Assembly: GCF_006345805.1 (NCBI RefSeq) | Contig: NC_043022.1 | Span: 5,890,001-5,954,000 of the forward strand | Direction of reading: 5' to 3' | From: Octopus sinensis | Taxonomy: Eukaryota | Length of the DNA stretch: 64,000 nucleotides | In this document: one piece after another, positions 1 to 12,649 of the stretch | Numbering within the stretch: the stretch's first letter is position 1 | How the letters are laid out: each line of letters opens with the position of its first letter | The notes under the pieces: model-generated | The model's input: only the letters and a program-made list of their open reading frames with translations | The model's database searches: none | Told to the model about the DNA's origin: nothing | Program-made: the position numbers and the translations under genes

Positions 1-964
1 TGAACTAACAGACTTGGTTTCCATAGCAGGTTTCTCTTGCGTTGCCCAACTCCATCGTTCACATTCTTTCATTTCTGTTCATTTGTAATCCCTGATCTGA
101 AATAATATCAGCCTCCTTGCTGCTGTTAGAACTACAGACCACGCCACATGGGAGGGGGTTGCGTCTAGCGAGTGCTCAACCATATACATTTCTAACTGGT
201 ATTTACAAGCATTTTCCTGAGATAGATCACTACTGTTCACAGGTTCTGAAATCTACACTGTACGTGTGTGTATTTTTGAGAGAGAGAGACAGAGACAGAG
301 ATGATGGGAGAAAGAAAGATCAAGAGAGAGAGAGAGAGAGTGAGTCGAGAGAGGGAGAGGAGAGGAAAGGTCGGTAAAATGTTGCACGTAAAGTTTCCTC
401 TCTCTCTCTCTCTCCACACCACAACACTCTCCTTACATGCCCTCTCCTCCTTGTTAACTTATTTAGTTGATTCATGATAGGAACTGGATCAATATCGAAC
501 TGGTTAGCAGATTGGCACAATCTCTGTGGGTGGGCGTATGTGTGTGCGGGGGGTGGGGAGTGCATACGTGTGTGTGTTTGTTTGTGTGCATGCATGTGTA
601 AATAGATAAGTGTGTGTGTGTGTATGCGTGCGTGTGCATGTATGTGTGTGTGTGTATGCGTGAATGTATATGAATGAATATGTCTCTGTCTTCCTCTCTC
701 CCTCTCTTTCTCCCTTTGTCTTTCTCTCTCTCTCTCTCTCTCTCTCCCCCTCTCTCTCTACATATACATATGTGTGTGTATGTGTATATATGTGTGTGTG
801 TGTGTGCATGTATATATATGCATGTATATAAGTGTGTGCCGGTATATGTATGTGTGTGTGTGCATGTGTATGTATGTGTGTGTGCATGTATATATGTGTG
901 TGTGTGTGTATCTAAATGTAAATGGAGATGTACATACATGCACACACATATAAACTGTCATATA

Positions 965-998
<34 letters not shown>

Positions 999-1316
999 CA
1001 TACACACACACAAACACATATATATGTGTGTTTATATATATATACATGTACATTCACACACACACATTCACATACACACACACATATATACGCAAGCAGG
1101 TGTATAATTCCCCTGTGCATGTGTTGATGTGTTGTGGCTCTGTACGTGCAGAGTTCAAATCACAGCAAGATCAACAATGCCTATCAACCTTCCGGGGCTC
1201 AATAAAATAAAGTAGTAGTCAGGTATGCCAGGTGATTTAATTGACTGATGCTTGTATATGCGCCCCCAGGCTCTAGCGGGGGGGAGGGGGGAAGAGACAA
1301 TGGGAGAGATAGGGAC

Positions 1317-1351
<35 letters not shown>

Positions 1352-1596
1352 AGTATGGCTGTGAATGCCATAGATTTGCACACTTCCTTCCCTGCACAAC
1401 AAACTTATTTAGTTGCTTCGAGATATCAATGGATCAATATCAAACGGGTTAGCATATTGGGAAAACTGTGTAGGTGAGTGTGTGTGTATGTGTGTGTGGT
1501 GGGGGGGAGGGTTGGGTGTGTATGCAGATGTAAATGCTTGTGTGTGTATATATGTATGTATGTATGTCTAGACACGTTTGTATATATATGCATAAA

Positions 1597-1638
<42 letters not shown>

Positions 1639-1712
1639 GCTCCCACAAACATATAAACAAAAATATGTATATAAATACATATGTATACATATATCTGCCT
1701 ATACACATGTGA

Positions 1713-1758
<46 letters not shown>

Positions 1759-1865
1759 GTATTTATATATATACATACATATATGTACATATATACATAC
1801 ACATATGTATATGTATGCCTATATTTATGTGTATTTATACAAATGTGTGTGTATATATACGTATG

Positions 1866-1919
<54 letters not shown>

Positions 1920-1957
1920 TATATACATTTGCATGCATCTATAGATATATACATATA

Positions 1958-2172
1958 CCAGAGTAAGCACTTAATTGTGAAACAAGGTAGGAAAAAATAG
2001 TACTCAAATACCGAAGGTAGAGTAATATGCTTTATTATTATTAAAGCTGCAGAAATATCAGAGAAATCTGCTACTCAGAGTTTCACATACCCATTCATCG
2101 AACAGTCTAAACTGGCCGACAAATGGAAACGTCATATTTCTGTGATGTTTTTGCAGCTTTAATAATAATAAT
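1958..2172 (-). mobile_element. Family B repeat, degenerate hammerhead and partial hairpin
   Basis: Shares GTACTCAAATAC...GGTAGAGTAATATGCTTTA tail; minus 2105-2068 = CTGT TCGATGA ATGGGTATGT GAAA CTCTGAG TA GCAG. Confidence 0.75.
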
Positions 2173-2184
2173 AATAATAATGAA

Positions 2185-2199
<15 letters not shown>

Positions 2200-2231
<32 letters not shown>

Positions 2232-3539
2232 CATATTCATATTATTCATATATATACATAAACACACACACACACACACCACACATATACCATGATTTTA
2301 GTGTTCACTTTTCTATGCTTGCCTGAGTTATATTTCGTATGGCTGGATGTTCTTCCTGTAATGAACCCTTATCCATGTGTCAGGTGTTGAAGTGATCACA
2401 GAGCAGCATGAGATGAAGTGTTGGGGAATTATACACTTGCTTGCGTATATGTGTGTGTGTGTGCGTATGTGTGTGTGTGTGTGCGTGAATGTGTGTGTGT
2501 GTGCATGTGTATGTGTGAATGTATATGGGCATCAACTGGACTAAGAATTGAAATCATGATCACTAGGTTGTGAGTGCAACACCCTAACCACTAAGCCATG
2601 TGCCCTCACAGCACACACACACCACACACACAACGCATGAGCAATGGGCTTTTTTCAGTTTCCCTCTACTACATTCATTGAGAAGGCTTTGGTCAGCCTG
2701 GTGTTATAGTAAAAACTCTTGCCCAAGGGGGCCACGCAGCGGAACTGAGCCCGAAGCCACTTGCTTAAGGATCAAGCTTTTCTAACCATACTGCCAAGCC
2801 TACACCCTCCCCCCCCGCACACACACATCAGCCTTCAAATGGCTTTCCAACCTAAAGTGTAGTTTTTTACTAAACAGTTCCTGTAAATAACAGTTATACG
2901 TTTGTTCCTTTAACACATTGTCAAGGACCCAAGGCACCAGGTGAGTGAAGGAAATCCAACTGGACAGAAATACTGGAACAGAGACATTAACGTGCACCTA
3001 AAAAGCATATTTAACAAGGCTGGAAAATTCCCTTCATCCTCTGCCGATCAGAAGTCATTATAATTTCAACACACAAAGACAGGTTCATTATTTTTGTTGG
3101 TGTCAAACAGACTTAGGAACTGTAATTTAATGTTGTTTGCAGACACATAAAACAAAATGCTTGCACCCTGACTACAGATGACGAGCATAAATCTTTAATG
3201 CAATAAATAGTGCAAAATACATCATCGTCATCGTCATCATCGTCATCATCATCTATAGGTAATAATTAATTATTACTAAATCAATTTCTATAAATTAGAT
3301 CCTAATGAATAAAAATATAGGAAACATACTATGACACTCTCAGATCATAAAATTCTCTCATAAAAGGAGGAAAACTATCATCCACAAATATATAATTATA
3401 CGTAAATTAACTCTAATTGACTTATAGATACTTGTATAAGTAATAGAAGTTAATTACCTATAAACATATATTGATGTGTCAAAATAATAAAAGAGGTGGG
3501 TTAATGATTACCAGATCCAATTATACATCCATGTATGTG

Positions 3540-3575
<36 letters not shown>

Positions 3576-4879
3576 CATATTCATATTATTCATATATATA
3601 CATAAACACACACACACACACACCACACATATACCATGATTTTAGTGTTCACTTTTCTATGCTTGCCTGAGTTATATTTCGTATGGCTGGATGTTCTTCC
3701 TGTAATGAACCCTTATCCATGTGTCAGGTGTTGAAGTGATCACAGAGCAGCATGAGATGAAGTGTTGGGGAATTATACACTTGCTTGCGTATATGTGTGT
3801 GTGTGTGCGTATGTGTGTGTGTGTGCGTGAATGTGTGTGTGTGTGCATGTGTATGTGTGAATGTATATGGGCATCAACTGGACTAAGATTGAAATCATGA
3901 TCACTAGGTTGTGAGTGCAACACCCTAACCACTAAGCCATGTGCCCTCACAGCACACACACACTCACACACACAAACGCATGAGCAATGGGCTTTTTTCA
4001 GTTTCCCTCTACTACATTCATTGAGAAGGCTTTGGTCAGCCTGGTGTTATAGTAAAAACTCTTGCCCAAGGGGGCCACGCAGCGGAACTGAGCCCGAAGC
4101 CACTTGCTTAAGGATCAAGCTTTTCTAACCATACTGCCAAGCCTACACCCTCCCCCCCCGCACACACACATCAGCCTTCAAATGGCTTTCCAACCTAAAG
4201 CGTAGTTTTTGACTAAACAGTTCCTGTAAATAACAGTTATACGTTTGTCCCTTTAACACATTCTGTCAAGGACCCAAGGCACCAGATGAGTGAAGGAAAT
4301 CCCACTGGACAGAAAATACTGGAACAGAGACATTAACGTGCACCTAAAAAGCATATTTAACAAGGCTGGAAAATTCCCTTCATCCTCTGCCGATCAGAAG
4401 TCATTATAATTTCAACACACAAAGGCAGGTTCATTATTTTTGTTGGTGTCAAACAGACTTAGGAACTGTAATTTAATGTTGTTTGCAGACACATAAAACA
4501 AAATGCTTGCACCCTGACTACAGATGACGAGCATAAATCTTTAATGCAATAAATAGTGCAAAATACATCATCGTCATCGTCATCATCGTCATCATCATCT
4601 ATAGGTAATAATTAATTATTACTAAATCAATTTCTATAAATTAGATCCTAATGAATAAAAATATAGGAAACATACTATGACACTCTCAGATCATAAAATT
4701 CTCTCATAAAAGGAGGAAAACTATCATCCACAAATATATAATTATACGTAAATTAACTCTAATTGACTTATAGATACTTGTATAAGTAATAGAAGTTAAT
4801 TACCTATAAACATATATTGATGTGTCAAAATAATAAAAGAGGTGGGTTAATGATTACCAGATCCAATTATACATCCATG

Positions 4880-4890
<11 letters not shown>
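2200..4890. repeat. Direct tandem duplication, two ~1345-bp units (about 2200-3540 and 3545-4890)
   Basis: Identical anchors 1344-1346 bp apart (GCATATTCAT at 2231/3575; CCAGATCC at 3511/4857); a few substitutions and homopolymer indels; junction in (TA)n. Confidence 0.95.
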
Positions 4891-4912
<22 letters not shown>

Positions 4913-4915
4913 ATA

Positions 4916-5217
4916 CAGGGTGCGGTGAATATATTGTCATCTAAATGACGCAAAATGAAAATAAAACTGACATCTCATTTTAACAGATATTTTTACCAAA
5001 ATTACATTAAAATATCTTGAAATACTAAAGAGTAAATTTATTCACTAAAATCGCCATTGGCTTCAACGACGGCCTCCAGATGACTTCGGAATCTTCTGCA
5101 ACTCTTCTGGACAGTCTCCTTGTTTAAATTGGTGAATGCTGCCATAATCCTTGCCTTCAGTTCATCTTTGGTGTTACAAGGAGTTTTGTTGGTCTCTCGC
5201 TCAACTGCGTCCCACAT
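4916..5217 (-). mobile_element. Tc1/mariner (maT/DD37D-like) transposon 3' fragment with one TIR
   Basis: TA|CAGGGTG terminus at 4914-4922; minus frame WDAVERETNKTPCNTKDELKARIMAAFTNLNKETVQKSCRRFRSHLEAVVEANGDFSE* matches the C-terminus of mariner-type transposases. Confidence 0.9.
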
Positions 5218-5834
5218 ACTTCTCAGAACACAAGTATTTGTATATTTACATACATATATGTACATACATACCTACACATATGTATATGTATGCCTATATT
5301 TATGTGTATTTATACAAATGTGTGTTTCCAGCATGGAAAATGGACATTTTCTCACCCTCCATGTTCTCCTCTACAGCAAGAAACTGGTTGTGTTCTGGCC
5401 CTTCCTCTCAAACTTTAACCCTTCATTTCCCAGAATGAAGCCGCTTCCCTTCCCACTCAGCTGCAGGGGATTTTACTCTTGCAGTCTGCATGGTGACCTC
5501 ACTGGTGCTGGTGCTATCAACTAAAACGACCAGCACACACGCCATAAAGTGGTTGGTGCCAAGAAGGACAGCTAGCTGTAGGAACCATGCCAAATCAGAT
5601 GTCGGAGCAGAATGCAATCCTCAAACCCACTGGACCTTCTCAAATCATCCACCCTCTGCCAGCATGGAACAGAGATGTCTAATGATGATGATGGCTTTTC
5701 TTAGAATATTATATTTCTTCTTAATGTAATATTCTTTTTGCATGCATTTATGTTAGAGATTTTATGTCAGTTCCCTTTGAGATAAGGGTTTACTGATTCT
5801 TTTATTACTAGTTTGGGAACTACAGAGAAGTCTT

Positions 5835-5880
5835 CAGCTTGCTGAAGAGGTCTAATAAGACTGAAATATGGTCAGAGTTG
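5835..5880 (+). ncRNA. Candidate type-I hammerhead ribozyme motif (family D, single copy)
   Basis: CAGCTTG-CTGAAGA-GGTCT aata AGACT-GAAA-TATGG-TC-AGAGTTG; CUGANGA core, 5-bp stem II, GUC site, stem I of 6 pairs (2 G-U) plus a G-A at the junction. Confidence 0.6.
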
Positions 5881-6010
5881 TCTCTCCTGCTGGAAAAATG
5901 AATGCAATATTAGTAGTCATCAAGCTAATGCTGTCTTTGCCTCGCCACTTAATTATTTCTAATTAGGTTTGTGATTTTCTCTTCATTGTATATGCAAATA
6001 CTAATTTAGT

Positions 6011-6391
6011 GTTTCTTTCTTTTTTCTTTTTTACTTGTTTCAGTCATTTGACTGCGGCCATGCTGGAGCACCGCCTTTAGTCGAGCCCAGTACTTATTCT
6101 ATCGGTCTCTTTTGCCGAACCGCTAAGTGACGGGGACATAAACACACCAGCATCGGTTGTCAAGCAATGCTAGGGGGACAAACACAGACACACAAACACA
6201 CATACACACATATATATATATATATATACGACAGGCTTCTTTCAGTTTCCGTCTACCAAATCCACTCACAAGGCATTGGTCGGCCCGAGGCTATAGCAGA
6301 AGACACTTGCCCAAGATGCCACGCAGTGGGACTGAACCTGCAACCATGTGGTTGGTTAGCAAGCTACTTACCACACAGCCATTCCTGCGCC
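6011..6391 (-). mobile_element. tRNA-derived SINE, family A (~400 bp)
   Basis: A box TGGCTGTGTGG, B box GGTTCAGTCCC, CTTGGGCAAG core, internal microsatellite; 12-bp TSD TACTAATTTAGT (5999-6010, 6392-6403); ~30-bp internal deletion. Confidence 0.9.
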
Positions 6392-7253
6392 TACTAATTT
6401 AGTCATTCTTTATTTAGTTCCTGTTTTCTCTCTTCCGTTTCTTTGCTGTTTGTCTCAAAGACTAAGATGAAGAGAATGAGAGGAAGCACCACAGAGTTTT
6501 ACGGGTAGTTTTCTCAGCGTTTACATATCACAGTTGTTTGTTGTCCATCAAATATATGCAGTACAAAGGTGTGAGTGAACATGTGTGTGAAATGCATTTG
6601 CATCTACGTGCATCTGCATCTGTATGCTGCACACGTGTGCAGATAAGCATTCGTGTTGATTGATTCAATATAATTATGCTGCACCTCAAGGCATGGCTTA
6701 GGTCAGTCGATTCCGATCGAACGTAGCTGTACATGTGTACACTTAAAGATAGACTGGTTGGTTGTAAGGGAAACATTTAATTGCATATAGATGCAACAGA
6801 TGTAAGGATTTGATAACCTATTCAACCTGCACCAACAGGAAAAAAAGTGGTCGACATAAAAATAAAAATAAAAATAAAAAAGCAGAAGAACGGGAAGGAA
6901 GAATGACTCTGTATTTGAATAAGGAGCAGGCAAATAGATAAAACCATTCCTATGATAGAAACTTGGTTTAGATTCCAAGCACTAATGAATTGGATTTGGT
7001 GGTTCCATTTCTTTACTTTGAACCAGAAAATTACCAAATCTTCTTCCTTTATATTGGTGCAGAACTCAAATGGATGTTTCGTTCTTTTTCTATTTTCATT
7101 TTTCTTGACTGGTTTACAAACATATCTTTATAATACACGCATATATATATATATACCTCTGTACAACACCTCTGCCATCATTTCGTCATTACCATCTAGT
7201 ACACGTATATATGTTTGTGTGTGTGTGTGTGTGTTTGTGAATGTATATTTGTA

Positions 7254-7312
<59 letters not shown>

Positions 7313-7654
7313 GTATATATATAATATATATATATATATGTATATATATAATATATATACATATGTATATATATAATATATATACATATGTATATATAAT
7401 ATATAGCTGCATACATAGATACATGTGTATGCATGTTTATGTATGTATATATATCATCATCATCATCATCAACAACATTGGTTTAATATCCACTTTTCCA
7501 TGCCTGCATGGGAAAATCAGACAGAATTCTTGAAGGTGATTTTCTGGCCAGATATCCTTCCTGTCCCCCAATCCTCACCTGCTTCCGAGCAAAGCAATAT
7601 TTCTCCATCACCAGACAAGTTTCTCTGGAAGATTGGAATCAAACATCATCCATA

Positions 7655-8052
7655 GGTGCAGGAGTGGCTGTGTGGTAAGTAGCTTGTTTACCAACCACAT
7701 GGTTCCGGGTTCAGTCCCACTGTGTGCCACCTTGGGCAAGTGTCTTCTACTATAGCCTCAGGCCGACCAAAGCCTTGTGAGTGGACTTGGTAGATGGAAA
7801 CTGAAAGAAGCCCGTCGTTTATATGTATATATATGTGTGTGTGTTTGTGTTTGTCCCCTTAGCATTGCTTGACAACCGATGCTGGTGTGTTTATGTCCCC
7901 ATCACTTAGCGGTTCGGCAAAAGAGACCGATAGAATAAGTACTGGGCTTACAATGAATAAGTCCCGGGGTTGAGTTGCTCGATTAAAGACGGTGCTCCAG
8001 CATGGCCGCAGTCAAATGACTGAAACAAGTAAAAGAGTAAAAAAGAGAGAGA
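7655..8052 (+). mobile_element. SINE family A, full length
   Basis: Colinear with the other copies; ends GAAACAAGTAAAAGAGTAAAAAAGAG. Confidence 0.9.
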
Positions 8053-8099
8053 GTATATATCTGTGTGTGTGTGTGTGTGTGTGAGAGACCACCTCTGTC

Positions 8100-8305
8100 C
8101 AGCTAGCCGCCATGACTGACCCCTAGCTGCTAAGGCTTTTTCAATTCTCTCCCTGTTTATTTCTGTGTTCCTTTCTGTGGAAGAGCGTAGGCTCAAAACA
8201 TAAAAGACTTTTTCATTTTTCCCTGAGCATCAAACTAATACACCTGCTTGTTGTTCATACACCTGTCTTCGTCTTTTGTTTTTTGTTTTTTTGTAAATTC
8301 CAACT
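8100..8305 (+). mobile_element. Family C repeat with atypical hammerhead-like motif (8171-8206)
   Basis: CTTT-CTGTGGA-A-GAGC gtag GCTC-AAAA-CA-TA-AAAG; homologous to 29483-29680 (minus); ends at a TA tract. Confidence 0.65.
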
Positions 8306-8600
8306 ATACATATGTGTATATATACATATACTACTGCATGTATAAATTTATAGATAGATAGAGATGTAAGACATGGAGTTTATATTATATTCCTAATCTA
8401 GAAACGCGTTCGTAAATGACCATTAGACCTTGTTTTCGTTATTTCTTCCTTCTGTTTTGCATATGTGAATTAGAGGGATATGTCGTATGTGGAGTGTCAT
8501 TTGTAGAAAATAGAAATAAACAGTCTTTGACTGCTATTTCTAATTTTTTCGGTATGTGGCTAAGCAACCTGTTGCCTGCCTCTTTTATATATATATACAA

Positions 8601-8631
<31 letters not shown>

Positions 8632-8635
<4 letters not shown>

Positions 8636-8990
8636 TCATCGTCGTTTAACGTCCGTTCTCCATGCTAGCATGGGTTGGACGGTTCGACCGGGGTTCTGGG
8701 AAGCCAGAAGGCTGCACCAGGCTCCAGTCTAATTTGGCAATGTTTCTACAGCTGGATGCCCTTCCTAACGCCAACCACTCCGTGAGTGTAGTGGGTGCTT
8801 TTTACGTGCCACCTGCACAGGTGCCAGGCGGGGCTGGCAACGGCCACGGTCAGATTGGTGTATTTTATGTGCCACCGGCACGGAAGCCAGTCGAGGCGGT
8901 GCTGGCATCGGCCACGAGTCGGATAGTGCTTTTTACGTACCACCAGACCAGGGATCCTGGCTGGTTCAATTCGATTTCGATTTCGCTTGC
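8632..8990 (-). mobile_element. Retroposon family C ((GAT)n tail, 3' stem-loop CCATGC.AGCATGG)
   Basis: GGCGTTAGGAAGGGCATCCAGC...CCAACCCATGCTAGCATGGAGAACGGACGTTAAACGACGATGATG on minus; internal ~60-bp repeat units. Confidence 0.85.
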
Positions 8991-9890
8991 CCCAACATGT
9001 CTTCACAAGCAAAATATTTAATCATGTCAAAGGGAAATGGAATTTAATTAAAATTAAAACATTCAATTAAAATTTACATTTCCTGTGGTCTAACGTGCAA
9101 AAAAAATTAGTCAAGAAGACTATATATTAGTCATATGATATAGTGTATATTTAAACACATAAGGAATCCACTTATGGGAAATTCAACACGCTAGAAAGAA
9201 CAGCTAGGTTCTGTAAACCACAAATATAACGGATAAAATTCGACAGGAAGCTATATATATAGATAGATAGATAGACACACATACACATTTATATACATAC
9301 ACACATACACACACACACATATATTCATATACATATATATATAATATATATATACATATATCTATATAGATATATATGTGTGTGTGTGCGCCAAGAATGG
9401 ACCACTTGTTTGATTGAGTAAGTCCTCGTAAACAAACCCTGTTTTTTACGACGAGGAATCGGTTTAACGCTGATAAACCATTTCTGAATGGAATTACAAG
9501 AGGGGAAATGTTGGACGCATCTCTCTGTCCACTGCCACAAATGACCTGAAGAAGAGTCTTTGAGAAAATAGGGTTTTTTTCTTTCTTCCCTGGCACCAAT
9601 TAATATTACTTTCTAAAATGAAACCCATAAAATATAGACCAGTCGGCCCCTGGCCGTTTACTAGATTAATATCTAAACTGAACCCTCAGTGACAGGTTCA
9701 ACTCACTGAGCTGTGCAAATTGATGCCTTATTATGTTTTAGTGCTGCACCAGGAAATAGAGGAGGATGCAACGGCAGAGACGGAATCGTTTCTTATCTGT
9801 TTACCATTATTTCCTTGGGCCATTACAGATGCACGCTTGAGTTCAGAAGCGGAGGTTTTCCCTTCTGAGACAAATTCCAGTTCAGCCTTG

Positions 9891-10445
9891 CCACCACCAC
9901 CACCACTACCACCACCATCACCTCTGCTGCTGCCACCACCACTACCACCACCATCACCTCTGCTGCCACCACCACCACTGCCACCACCATCACCTCTGCT
10001 GCCACCACCACCACTACCACCACCATCACCTCTGCTGCCACCACCACCACTACCACCACCATCACCTCTGCTGCCACCACCACCACTACCACCACCATCA
10101 CCTCTGCTGCCACCACTACCACCACCATCACCGCTGCTGCCACCACCACCACTACCACCACCATCACCTCTGCTGCCACCACCACCACTACCACCACCAT
10201 CACCTCTGCTGCCACCACCACCACTACCACCACCATCACCTCTGCTGCCACCACCACCACTACCACCACCATCACCTCTGCTGCCACCACTACCACCACC
10301 ATCACCGCTGCTGCCACCACCACCACTACCACCACCATCACCTCTGCTGCCACCACCACCACTACCACCACCATCACCTCTGCTGCCACCACCACTACCA
10401 CTGCCACCACCATCACCACTGCTGCCGCCACCGCCACTTCCATCA
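9891..10445. repeat. Minisatellite, 27-36-bp units (CCACCACCACCACTACCACCACCATCACCTCTGCTG)
   Basis: About 16 units, anchored by ATCACCTCTGCTGCC. Confidence 0.95.
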
Positions 10446-10979
10446 CCATGAGGTCTCAGGGATTCGAAAGAAGGCGATCTCTCGTTTTCTCCGATGACTC
10501 ATACTTCACAGGTGATGTGTATCATCATCATCACCATCACCACCACCAATACTGGCAACAACAACAAATACATAACTATATCGTGATCCCCACCACCACC
10601 ACCACCACCACCATCATCATTACAACCCCCTTTATCATCACCACCACCACCACCACCATCATCATTGTCACCAGCACCACTGCTACCCCCAGCACTACCA
10701 TCACCTCCTCGATCATCATCATCATTATCATTATCATTATCATATTGCAAAAATAGAATTTCAAGTATCAGATTGTATTTATTTATTATTTATTTATTTA
10801 TTTATTATTAATTTGATATTTTCAGTCTTTTGTTGTTGTTTGTTTTTATTAAAATCCCTGTATTTTCATGGCAGACCCTTACTTTTGCCATTGCTCATAG
10901 AATTGCCTTTGAAATATATGTCACATGTCTGCTACAAGACAATACTTAGCCAAGTCACAATCATCATCATAAATATATA

Positions 10980-11340
10980 ATAATAATGAAATTATTGTAT
11001 ACAGTGCTCAGGTGCACCACAACTTGTCAGAAAGTGCATATAAAGTACATGGAGTAATGTAGAAATGTCTGGAAAGTGAACATGCTTGTGTGTGTATGGA
11101 GGGGAGAAAATCACGTGTAGTGTTGGCGAATCACAGGAAGCATGGAAGTTTTGAAGGATGCAGTGCTCCGACAACTAACAACCGATGCCGGCAGTTTGTT
11201 CCACGCTTCAGCAACTCTCAGCGTGAAAAAATGTTTCCTGAAGTCATGGGAGCTGTCCTGTTTTCTTACTTTGTAAATATGTCCACGGGTGTTAGATGGG
11301 TGGAGTTTGAAGAGGTGCTCAGAGTTATTGTTTGTGCGAT
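10980..11340 (-). mobile_element. CR1-clade LINE 3' fragment (ORF2 C-terminus and 3' UTR)
   Basis: TRGHIYKVRKQDSSHDFRKHFFTLRVAEAWNKLPASVVSCRSTASFKTSM is the typical CR1 C-terminal motif (TRGH..K...FF..RV...WN.LP..VV...S...FK). Confidence 0.9.
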
Positions 11341-11584
11341 GGTTGATAATTTTATCATTTATCCGTTTTCCATGCTGGCATGGATTGGACCCACCCTCGA
11401 ATAATTCTTTACATACCAGCTCACCTGAAAACAGCTTTTCATTTGTTTGTGGTTCCATGACATAGAAATGTTGAATCTAAATTGTTTATATTTAAAATTC
11501 AAACTTTCTCTCATAATTTCAGATAAGAATAATCCGTTAAATTATGTTTTAAAAATGAGTTACTTTAAGTAATTCTAGTTTCCT

Positions 11585-11998
11585 TCTCTCTTTCTTTCTT
11601 TTACTTGTTTCAGTCATTTGACTGCGGCCATGCTGGAGCACCGCCTTTAACCGAACAAATCGACCCCGGGACTTATTCTTTGTAAGCCCAGTACTTATTC
11701 TATCGGTCCCTTTTGCCGAACCGCTAAGTGACGGGGATGTAAACACACCAGCATCAGTTGTCAAGCAATGCTAGAGGGACAAACACAGACACACAAACAT
11801 ATACACACACATACATTTACATATATATACATATATACAACAGGCTTCTTTCAGTTTCCGTCTACCAAATCCACTGACAAGGCTTTGGTCGGCCCGAGGC
11901 TATAGCAGAAGACACTTGCCCAAGATGCCACACAGTGGGACTGAACCCGGAACCATGTGGTTGGTTAGCAAGCTACTTACCACACAGCCACTCCTGCG
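11585..11998 (-). mobile_element. SINE family A, full length
   Basis: Colinear reverse complement of 7655-8052. Confidence 0.9.
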
Positions 11999-12572
11999 TT
12001 CTTGATAATTTTCAAAATTAACTGAAACACAGTTCATATCACCACAGACTAGAAATAGGTTGTTGCTATTTCATTGTGTTGCATTTGAGAAAGGCATGAA
12101 GATCACACATTCCCATTTCCATCATCAGAATCATATGATCTGTCACATAAATATCTTCCTTTTCATTTTTTTTATAATCCTTTCTACTTTAGGCACAATG
12201 CCTGAGATTTTAGGGGAATGGGGGGAATAGTTGATTACGTCGACCCCAGTGTTTCACTGGTACTTAATTTATCAACCCCAAGAGGATGTAAGGCAAAGTC
12301 GACTTTGGCGGAATTTGAACTCAGAACGTAGCGACAGGTGAAATACTGCTCAGCATTTCATCCAATGTGCTAACGATTCTGCCAGCTGACCACCTTTGAT
12401 GATGATGATGATAATAATAATAATAATAATCATTTCTACTAAAGGCACTCTTTGGACTCACATATCTTAACCACTGCCTGGACTTTCTGCACCTCTCCTC
12501 ATCCCCATACCAACACTCCACCTGGATTACCACTGGATATACTTTCATGGATTTCACTGAACTCTTCTGTTG

Positions 12573-12649
<77 letters not shown>

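Noticed and set aside
9545-9575. CTGAAGA...GAAA hammerhead-like spacing
   Set aside because: No valid stem II or stem I
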